Made by a program: the position numbers and the translations under genes. Below are positions 25,791 to 32,000 of a DNA stretch of 32,000 bases, piece after piece. Each line of letters opens with the position of its first letter. Position 1 is the stretch's first letter. The DNA is taken from the NCBI RefSeq assembly GCF_000007985.2, contig NC_002939.5:780001-812000 (forward strand). Direction: 5' to 3'. Below the pieces are notes generated by a model, which saw only the letters and a program-made list of their open reading frames with translations, was not told the origin of the DNA and ran no database searches. The DNA comes from Geobacter sulfurreducens PCA (GTDB lineage: Bacteria > Desulfobacterota > Desulfuromonadia > Geobacterales > Geobacteraceae).

Positions 25791-27440
25791 ATGGCCGCAT
25801 GGCAAAGCCTCAAGGTGAAGTACAAGATTTTCACGTTGATTCTGGTATGTTGCGTCGGCCTGATTGCGGTCGGGCTGCTGGGGTTTGGCGGGATGAGGAG
25901 CATGGGCAAAAGCCTCGGCGAGCTCAACGAGGAGCAGAAGTCCGTGGCCACCCTGTCGGCAATGAAGAACGACTTCCTGGAGATGCGCTTGGCGATCGTC
26001 TACATGCTGGCGCTGACCGATTCCGCCAAGCTGGCCGAAAAAGAGCGGGACTTCGGCGCGGCCGCCGCCAGGATCAAGGAACGCCTGGCTTCCCTGGAGC
26101 ACCACAATTTTGCCGCGGAAGAAAAGAAAAAAATTACGGAATTCCGTGACGGCTATGAGGCATACCTTGCCGAGGGCACCAAGTCGGCGGCCATGGCCAA
26201 GGCAGCCGCCGAAACGGGAAACGCCGCAGGGCGCGAGGAAGCCGTGCGATATGCCGTAACCACCGCGGCCCCGCTCTACAACAAGCCGGCGCAGGCACTT
26301 GCGGAACTGGTCGAGATCAGCATCAAGGAAGGCGGTGAAGTGTACGACGCGGACATGGCGTCCTACCGCAGATCGGTCTTGGTCATGGGAGTCATCCTCA
26401 TGGTGGTGGTCGCCGTCTCCGCCGTGGCCGGTCTGGCCATCGCCTCATCCATCAGCGGGCCGCTGAACCGGATTCTCGAAGTGCTGCAGCGGGTGGCCGC
26501 GGGGGATCTGACCGCCCGGGCCGAGATCGACAGCCGGGACGAGATGGGGTTGCTGGGCCGCGAGTTGAACGTAACAGCTGAAAAAATCGGTAAAATTATT
26601 GGCCAGTTGGCACAGGCTGCCGGGTCGGTTGCCTCCGCCTCTGCCCAACTCCACGCCACGGCCGAACAAATGGCCACGGCCTCCGAAGAGGTGGCGGCCC
26701 AGGCTGAAACCATCGCCACCGCGGGCGAGGAGATGGCGGCCACATCCAACGACATTGCCCACAATTGCGTCACCGCGGCAGAGGGGTCCACCCAGGCCAA
26801 TGATGCTGCCGAGGGGGGCGCCCAGGTGGTGCAGGCGGCCATTGCAGCCATGGACCGCATTGCCGAGCGGGTCCACGCCTCGGCGAAAACCGTCGAGGGG
26901 CTGGGGGTGCGCAGTGAAGAGATCGGCGAGATCATCGGCACCATTGAGGATATCGCCGATCAGACCAACCTGTTGGCCCTGAACGCAGCAATCGAGGCGG
27001 CCCGGGCCGGCGAGCAGGGGCGGGGCTTTGCCGTGGTGGCCGACGAAGTGCGGGCCCTGGCCGAGCGGACCAGCAAGGCGACCCGCCAGATCAGCGAGAT
27101 GATCCGGGCCATCCAGCACGATACCCAGAGCGCGGTCCACTCCATGGAAGAAGGGGTGTCGGACGTCCAGGCCGGCACGGCCGAGGCGGCCCGCTCCGGG
27201 CAGGCCCTGCAGATGATCCTGGCCAAGATCGGCGACGTCACCAACCAAATCAGCCAGATCGCCACGGCTGCCGAAGAGCAGACCGCCACCACCGGCGAGA
27301 TCAGCAACAACATGCACCAGATCAGCCAGGTGGTGCAGGATACGGCCCGCGGCGCCCAGGACACGGTGGCCGCGGCCAACTCCCTGTCTCGGTTGTCGGA
27401 AGATATGCAGGGCATGGTGCAGCAGTTCCGGCTGGCCTGA
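25791..27440 (+). CDS. Methyl-accepting chemotaxis protein
   Basis: A TM segment, helical sensor, second TM segment and HAMP region precede a signalling domain with [38 protein letters not shown]. The start at 25791 follows GGGAGGAA. Confidence 0.9.
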   Translation: MAAWQSLKVKYKIFTLILVCCVGLIAVGLLGFGGMRSMGKSLGELNEEQKSVATLSAMKNDFLEMRLAIVYMLALTDSAKLAEKERDFGAAAARIKERLASLEHHNFAAEEKKKITEFRDGYEAYLAEGTKSAAMAKAAAETGNAAGREEAVRYAVTTAAPLYNKPAQALAELVEISIKEGGEVYDADMASYRRSVLVMGVILMVVVAVSAVAGLAIASSISGPLNRILEVLQRVAAGDLTARAEIDSRDEMGLLGRELNVTAEKIGKIIGQLAQAAGSVASASAQLHATAEQMATASEEVAAQAETIATAGEEMAATSNDIAHNCVTAAEGSTQANDAAEGGAQVVQAAIAAMDRIAERVHASAKTVEGLGVRSEEIGEIIGTIEDIADQTNLLALNAAIEAARAGEQGRGFAVVADEVRALAERTSKATRQISEMIRAIQHDTQSAVHSMEEGVSDVQAGTAEAARSGQALQMILAKIGDVTNQISQIATAAEEQTATTGEISNNMHQISQVVQDTARGAQDTVAAANSLSRLSEDMQGMVQQFRLA

Positions 27441-27463
27441 GCGGCCCAGAGTAGGTATGTTCC

Positions 27464-27503
27464 CCAACTGAAAAGGCCCGCGCAAGCGGGCCTTTTCAGT
27501 TGG
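27464..27503. terminator. Bidirectional rho-independent terminator between convergent genes
   Basis: CCAACTGAAAAGGCCCGC-GCAA-GCGGGCCTTTTCAGTTGG: a perfect long stem with a GNRA-type loop and A/T tracts on both sides. Confidence 0.8.
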
Positions 27504-27520
27504 AGAGGCAAAGCAGCAGG

Positions 27521-28363
27521 CTAGGGCGCCTTGACGCAGCGCATCTCCGGCGCGCCGTAGCCCCAGGTGATCGAGGCTTCGCCCTGGTGCTCCCAGAAGG
27601 TCTCGTTGCGGCCCTGGTACTTTGCGCCGCTCCCGCTCGGCTGGACGAACATCAGCGACACCTCGTCGCCACGTTCCGCGATCAGCGTTGCGGGCTCGGT
27701 CTGGAAGAAGGTGGCCACGACCTCGTTGGCAGGATTGCCATCACACACGAAACGGACCGGGCCGATGCCCGGCACCAGCCGGTACGTTGCCTGCAGCTCG
27801 GCGGTCCGGCGCAGGTACTCGTCCCGGACGCACTCACGCACCGTGTCGCTCTTCCAGCAGTCGTTGCGCCCCTTGATCCAGCCCCGCTGCTCCGCCCCGA
27901 GACGCGGCGGGTGTTCGTTCACCGCCCTGGCTGAGGCGGCCGCGTACACGTCGGCCAGCTTCCGGTCGAGGGCGGACAGTTCCCTGTCCCCGCAGACCAG
28001 CGCCTCGATGCTGCCGGGCGTCACTGTGTCGCAGTCGTACGACGGCCCCTCCGGCGCGGTTGCCCCGGCCGGGGCTCGCTCGCGCACGAGCCGGTCGATA
28101 TACCCGCACCAGGCGTCGCCGGTACGATCCGGCACGTCCGGGTTGCCCCGGACCCCCAGCCTGAACTCGATCGCAGATTTCCACTCCTCGGAACCGATGT
28201 CCGGGCCGTGCCCCTGTCCGTCGCCGGTCGGCACACTCTCTTCGACCGCCTGGTTCCAGGGGGCGGAGCAGGGGACCACCGTGGTCGGGGCCGACAGCAG
28301 GCCGCCGCCGGCCTGGGCGCACGCCGTCGTCAGCAGGAGAGCGACCGCCAGTATTCTCGTCAT
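27521..28363 (-). CDS. Putative lipoprotein with LprI (DUF1311) and MliC (C-type lysozyme inhibitor) domains
   Basis: DUF1311 pattern: YDCD...IEALVCGDRELSALDRKLADVY...QRGWIKGRNDCW...CVRDEYLRRTAEL. MliC pattern: FVCDGN...ATFF...SGSGAKY...FWEHQGEA. Signal peptide MTRILAVALLLTTAC. The start at 28363 follows GGAGG. Confidence 0.75.
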   Translation of the reverse strand: MTRILAVALLLTTACAQAGGGLLSAPTTVVPCSAPWNQAVEESVPTGDGQGHGPDIGSEEWKSAIEFRLGVRGNPDVPDRTGDAWCGYIDRLVRERAPAGATAPEGPSYDCDTVTPGSIEALVCGDRELSALDRKLADVYAAASARAVNEHPPRLGAEQRGWIKGRNDCWKSDTVRECVRDEYLRRTAELQATYRLVPGIGPVRFVCDGNPANEVVATFFQTEPATLIAERGDEVSLMFVQPSGSGAKYQGRNETFWEHQGEASITWGYGAPEMRCVKAP

Positions 28364-28379
28364 AACGCCTCCGGGAGAT

Positions 28380-28724
28380 CTACACGATTTCATACACGAT
28401 AATGGCACACACGGACACCATCAGGACCAGCCCCGTAATGAAGATGGAATCGGCCCAGCGCTCCACGCGATGCATCCTGCGGGAGCTGCGCGTACGAAGC
28501 GCGAAATAGGAGAGGATGCACGACGCAAGGAAGAGGAACGCATCGAGTGCGAGCATGTCATCCGCCAGGGTTACTCCCCCGCGGATGGTCAGCGCCACGC
28601 GCAGCAGCCCGATGACCGTGAGGCAGACCCCCACCATGGCCGCCGAGGCGGTGAAGATGTGGATGGACACGTCTTCTTCGAGGTTGAGGTCGCATTTTGT
28701 CTTGTGTGTGTTGTTGGTATCCAT
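28380..28724 (-). CDS. Hypothetical small membrane protein (three predicted TM helices)
   Basis: Strong GC3 codon bias in this frame and three hydrophobic segments. The stop lies 16 nt upstream of the LprI-MliC start. The RBS is weak (AAGAG). Confidence 0.55.
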   Translation of the reverse strand: MDTNNTHKTKCDLNLEEDVSIHIFTASAAMVGVCLTVIGLLRVALTIRGGVTLADDMLALDAFLFLASCILSYFALRTRSSRRMHRVERWADSIFITGLVLMVSVCAIIVYEIV

Positions 28725-28791
28725 GGCTCTTGATTGTCACCCGGGTTCCCGGTCGGGGCATGGCCGGTTTAGTTATGGACAACGTACGACG

Positions 28792-28831
28792 CCGGCTCGG
28801 GTTTACCGTGCATACAAAGAATTTTGTCCCC
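28792..28831 (+). repeat. Direct repeat copy A flanking the DUF554 gene
   Basis: CCGGCTCGGGTTTACCGTGCATACAAAGAATTTTGTCCCC. It shares CCGGCT, TTACCGT and an identical 16-nt core AAAGAATTTTGTCCCC with copy B at 29722..29759. Confidence 0.6.
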
Positions 28832-28944
28832 GAGCCCGACGGCGCCGCCCTGTTCTCGCATGGCGCGGCCGCGGTATTTTTCATTGCCAGTTTCCGGCTG
28901 CCATGCTATCACGGCGGCACTTCCCCGCAAGGAGCGCCACGCCC

Positions 28945-29631
28945 ATGATTCTCACCGGAACCATCGCCAACGTCGCCACCATCTGCGCCGGCGCCCTCAT
29001 CGGCCGCTATGCCGGCCGCTTCGTCCCTGCCCGGACGCGCCGGACGGTCATGGCGGGGCTGGGGTTGACCGTCCTCTTGATCGGCCTGCAGCTGGCGCTC
29101 AAGAGCCGCCAGCCGCTCCTGGTGATCGGCGGGCTGATCATCGGCGGCATCCTCGGCGAGATGCTCCAGATCGAGGCCCGGCTGGAGGACTTCGGCCGCT
29201 GGCTCCAGGCGCGCTTCTCCAGCGCCGGCAACATCGCCGAGGGGTTCGTCTCCGCGAGCCTGCTCTACTGCGTCGGCGCCATGGCCATCATGGGCTCGCT
29301 CCAGGACGGCCTCGGCGACAAGCCCTCCATCCTCTACGCCAAGGCCGCCCTTGACGGCGTCGCCTCCATTGCCCTGGCCTCCACCCTCGGCATCGGCGTC
29401 CTGTTCGCCGCGCTGCCCGTGGCCCTCTACCAGGGCGGAATCACCCTGGCCGCCGACGTGGCCAGGGGGGTGCTGACCGAACCGGTCATCGTGGAGATGA
29501 ACGCCGCCGGCGGCCTGCTGATCGTGGCCATTGCCCTCGACATGATGGAGTTGAAGAGAATCCCGGTCGGCAACCTGCTGCCGTCGGTCTTCGTGGTGGT
29601 GGGGCTGGCGTGGGCCTTCGGGCTGGCGTGA
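28945..29631 (+). CDS. DUF554 (YqgA/YdfK) family membrane protein
   Basis: MILTGTIANVATICAGALIG... and GNIAEGFVSASLLYCVGAMAIMGSLQDGL...ILYAKAALDGVASIALASTLGIGV match the DUF554 pattern. The start at 28945 follows AAGGAG. The 143-codon upstream extension in the track is rejected. Confidence 0.85.
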   Translation: MILTGTIANVATICAGALIGRYAGRFVPARTRRTVMAGLGLTVLLIGLQLALKSRQPLLVIGGLIIGGILGEMLQIEARLEDFGRWLQARFSSAGNIAEGFVSASLLYCVGAMAIMGSLQDGLGDKPSILYAKAALDGVASIALASTLGIGVLFAALPVALYQGGITLAADVARGVLTEPVIVEMNAAGGLLIVAIALDMMELKRIPVGNLLPSVFVVVGLAWAFGLA

Positions 29632-29650
29632 GGCGGCGCGTCAGGCCGCT

Positions 29651-29689
29651 CAAAACGTTAAATAAGCAAGCGGGTTATTAAACGTTTTG
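29651..29689. other. AT-rich 15-bp-arm inverted repeat immediately downstream of the DUF554 gene
   Basis: CAAAACGTTAAATAA-N9-TTATTAAACGTTTTG with one mismatch. The stem is atypically AT-rich for a terminator in this GC-rich genome. Confidence 0.35.
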
Positions 29690-29721
29690 GCCCGGATGGA
29701 AGGCTGCCGGGCCCCTTGTGT

Positions 29722-29759
29722 CCGGCTGAGTTACCGTTCGCGAAAAGAATTTTGTCCCC
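29722..29759 (+). repeat. Direct repeat copy B flanking the DUF554 gene
   Basis: CCGGCTGAGTTACCGTTCGCGAAAAGAATTTTGTCCCC; see copy A. It is followed by the palindromic TCGCGAACCTTCGCGA (29773..29788) and contains TTCGCGAA. Confidence 0.6.
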
Positions 29760-29870
29760 AGGGTGCTCAGGGTCGCGAACCTTCGCGAGGGGATATTCAT
29801 GTTTATTTTTCTTTTGCGCCTTTAGATAAATAGAAAAGAGCATCCCGTCGGGTCACTCCTCACGGTACGA

Positions 29871-31529
29871 CTAAAACCTGACGAACCGGTTCGCATGTAC
29901 CAGATAGATCAAGGCGTCTTTCGCTTCCGGTGAAACGCCGGATATATGCCGGCGGGCCAGGGCCAATCGTTGGCGATTGTTTTCAGATATCTGCCGAATA
30001 GTGGCAAGGGGGTGCCAGCGTGGCGGATCCGTTTGGTTCGCCTCAAGGGCGGTTTCGGCATTCTGTTGTTCCTGCCAATACAATCTGCTGATCAAAATAA
30101 GATCGTACGTCAACAATGCCAGGGATTTGTAGGGCTCTGCCAGTTTGTCGAACTGAGGGGGGGCCGTCGGCTTGCTCTCAAGCTGGTCGATGAGTCCCGC
30201 AATCGGGGTATACGCAAACCCGGGCTCCGTGTGAATATATGCCCAGGCCGCCAACTCGTAGGGCGTCAGGGTTGGCACGTCAACCGGCACGGGGGGCGAC
30301 TCCGGAGATGCCGATGTCGATCTCCCAAGAATTTCCATCAGGTGTTCAGGAGTCATTCCGGCCATTACCCCACCCTGGCCCGCCATGCGCGAAGTGATTT
30401 CCAGCATGAGCTCAACAGACTCCGGAATTGTGCGAAGATCATAACTTTCAAGCGCAAGCTTCAGCATCTGCACATCCCGCCTTGCTGCGGCATTGAATTC
30501 CTGGATTCTCAATCCTTGGAGGTCGTTTTCCGATGAGCTTGCCAGCAGGTCACGATCCGCTGCCTTAAGGCTGGTGGTTGTGTCCTGCCACACCAGATCG
30601 AATACGGAATGGAGTCTGGAAAACCTCGGCGGCGAAAAACCGGCATGTCTGAAGCCGGCAACCAGTTCCCGAATCGACCTGTAATTGCTCAGACTCAACA
30701 TGCCGGTGACATACCCCAGCCGCATGCCTGCCCTCGCAACAGCCCCGACAGCGAGATTGCTCTCCAGTGTCGCCTCTGTTGCCGCTCCGGCCGCCGCAAA
30801 AGCAGTTGAGACGGTTTCCAGGTTTATTCCCGCATCAATGCCGGCGTCGATCAACGACTGCAGGAGTACCGCATACGCCTCGCCCCGCCGGTATGCCTCG
30901 ACGTTCTGATCGAACACGATCGAATCATCGACCGATTTGCGATAAATCCCTGCGGCATCGGCCAGTCCGTTTCTTAGTGACCCCAGAAATGCGGCATGCT
31001 GCTCGGAGCTCAGGCCATCCGTTGCCAGAACAGCGAACAGGGCATCGGCGCCGGCCACAATGGCGGAACCTATGGCTTCGGCATCCGTTGTGCTGATCGT
31101 GGGCGTTCGCAGAAGCGTATGGGCAACCAGCATATGCACCGGCGTCAGCCTGCCCGACAGGGCCGTGGCCTTCAGCAGTGCCCGCGCCTGCAGATCGGTC
31201 ACTTCGCTCACGCCCGCATCAACGGTCCCGCCGGGTTGCGGGCTCGGCACGATCGCCTGCCGCAACACATTCTCGCCGTCCATGATCCGGATATGCAGGA
31301 ACGGTGTCGTTGCCGAAGATGGAACCGTCGAAAAATCAAAGGCTATCTTGCCGAGCGCGTCGGTCCTGGCCACCACCTCGGCCACTGTCTGCAACTCTCC
31401 CTGGGCGCTGAGGGCTGAAAGCCGGACCGTAAGATCCTTGCTCAACGGTAGTTGAGCCGGCAACGCGTAGCTGGCCGCTGAAAAACAAAAGAGAACCGCG
31501 CCAACAATCAATGGAATGATTCTGCTCAT
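29871..31529 (-). CDS. Hypothetical secreted protein (552 aa), no recognisable domain
   Basis: Signal peptide MSRIIPLIVGAVLFCFSAASYA|LP. The long ORF has coherent, mostly helical-looking Ala/Leu-rich composition. Its codon choice is visibly less GC3-biased than that of neighbouring genes. Confidence 0.7.
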   Translation of the reverse strand: MSRIIPLIVGAVLFCFSAASYALPAQLPLSKDLTVRLSALSAQGELQTVAEVVARTDALGKIAFDFSTVPSSATTPFLHIRIMDGENVLRQAIVPSPQPGGTVDAGVSEVTDLQARALLKATALSGRLTPVHMLVAHTLLRTPTISTTDAEAIGSAIVAGADALFAVLATDGLSSEQHAAFLGSLRNGLADAAGIYRKSVDDSIVFDQNVEAYRRGEAYAVLLQSLIDAGIDAGINLETVSTAFAAAGAATEATLESNLAVGAVARAGMRLGYVTGMLSLSNYRSIRELVAGFRHAGFSPPRFSRLHSVFDLVWQDTTTSLKAADRDLLASSSENDLQGLRIQEFNAAARRDVQMLKLALESYDLRTIPESVELMLEITSRMAGQGGVMAGMTPEHLMEILGRSTSASPESPPVPVDVPTLTPYELAAWAYIHTEPGFAYTPIAGLIDQLESKPTAPPQFDKLAEPYKSLALLTYDLILISRLYWQEQQNAETALEANQTDPPRWHPLATIRQISENNRQRLALARRHISGVSPEAKDALIYLVHANRFVRF

Positions 31530-31547
31530 TACACTGCCCCATCCCTT

Positions 31548-31685
31548 CTATTTGCCGCTGCCGGTCAGGCTGCCGGTACCCTTGCTGTTGCCGTTGCCGG
31601 AGCTTCCACTTCCGCCACAGCCGCACATGGTTGTCAGGACGATGGTCATCAGGATCAAGAGCAGGATTTTGTGTGCGCGTCTCAT
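31548..31685 (-). CDS. Putative 45-aa lipoprotein with a Gly/Ser-rich tail (not in the supplied ORF track)
   Basis: Minus-strand translation: MRRAHKILLLILMTIVLTTMCGCGGSGSSGNGNSKGTGSLTGSGK*. An AGGAAA RBS lies about 7 nt upstream, and the ORF ends 18 nt before the 552-aa gene start. The ORF is short, so confidence is low. Confidence 0.4.
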   Translation of the reverse strand: MRRAHKILLLILMTIVLTTMCGCGGSGSSGNGNSKGTGSLTGSGK

Positions 31686-31824
31686 GGTATGATTTCCTAA
31701 GTGTTGTGCTGAGCGGGCTGGGACTTGACCCGCGCCGGGGCGCTTTTCAGCCCCGGTCGGCGTCTAAGGGCCTTCTGGGGAATCGCATTTAGGTTGTAAC
31801 TGTCGGATTGCCCTGAAAAATCAG

Positions 31825-31915
31825 AATGGGAATAAGGGGACGGGCACCAATTAACTCTTTTCCATCTTCGCTGCCCGCTACGTTATCAATTAGGTGCCTG
31901 TCCCATTATTCCCAT
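31825..31915. repeat. Long imperfect inverted repeat (arms of about 29 bp, 32-nt spacer)
   Basis: The left arm is AATGGGAATAAGGGGACGGGCACCAATTAA (31825..31854). The reverse complement of the right arm (31887..31915) is ATGGGAATAATGGGACAGGCACCTAATTG. There are two substitutions and one indel. Confidence 0.6.
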
Positions 31916-32000
31916 GTATTTCAGTTCACTTCGTGATGTCCTTCCTTGACGATGAAACACCAAGCTCGCTTGCAAGTTAGCACCTCGCGTAAAGGCAATA

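Noticed and set aside
28516-28944. 143-codon N-terminal extension of the DUF554 gene and overlapping ORFs at 28558..28884 and 28697..28948
   Set aside because: The extension is antisense to the three-TM protein gene and is Arg/Ser/Pro-rich. DUF554 homology begins exactly at MILTG (28945), which has an AAGGAG RBS.
29658-29843. 61-aa minus-strand ORF between the convergent DUF554 and 552-aa genes
   Set aside because: It spans the hairpins and repeat copy B, and has no RBS and a Lys/Pro/Gly-rich, non-genome-like composition.

Overview
High-GC bacterial chromosomal window with Geobacter/Desulfuromonadota-like gene content; the organism assignment is inference only. No rRNA, tRNA, CRISPR array, transposase or integrase was seen.

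Gene content, left to right:
- A 5'-truncated MreB-family gene.
- An Ehr-type locus (group-4 [NiFe]-hydrogenase-related, complex-I-like). An orphan NuoL/HyfB-like gene is translationally coupled to an HTH-PTS-EIIA regulator on the minus strand. A mazEF toxin-antitoxin pair follows. A divergent six-gene operon (NuoL-, NuoH-, HyfE-, NuoN-like subunits, large subunit, small subunit) lies on the plus strand. The large subunit has lost all four canonical NiFe cysteine ligands.
- A cytochrome P460-family gene, a YdeI/OmdA-family gene and a Cys-rich hypothetical gene.
- A methyl-accepting chemotaxis protein (MCP) gene with a sigma28-like promoter.
- A DUF2284 metal-binding protein followed by a small Pro/Ala-rich secreted protein, then an MFS transporter.
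- A two-gene surface module. A roughly 2190-aa multidomain adhesin-like protein carries SwmB-type, cadherin-like, FN3, Ig-like and beta-helix Pmp-type repeats and a C-terminal dockerin-like module. A lipoprotein is co-transcribed downstream.
- An AT-rich intergenic region of about 800 bp with an orphan terminator and a perfect palindrome.
- A second MCP, an LprI-MliC lysozyme-inhibitor-like lipoprotein with a small membrane protein, and a DUF554 membrane protein bracketed by about 39-bp direct repeats.
- A compositionally distinct right end: a 552-aa secreted protein of unknown function, a tiny Gly/Ser-rich lipoprotein ORF and a long imperfect inverted repeat.

Many long ORFs in the supplied track are antisense or alternate-frame artifacts of the high GC content and are rejected.

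Most interesting items: the NiFe-less Ehr complex with its inverted NuoL paralog, EIIA regulator and mazEF insertion; the candidate dockerin/cohesin-like surface anchoring pair; the 31-nt element repeated in two ehr intergenic regions; and the unknown secreted-protein cassette at the right end.
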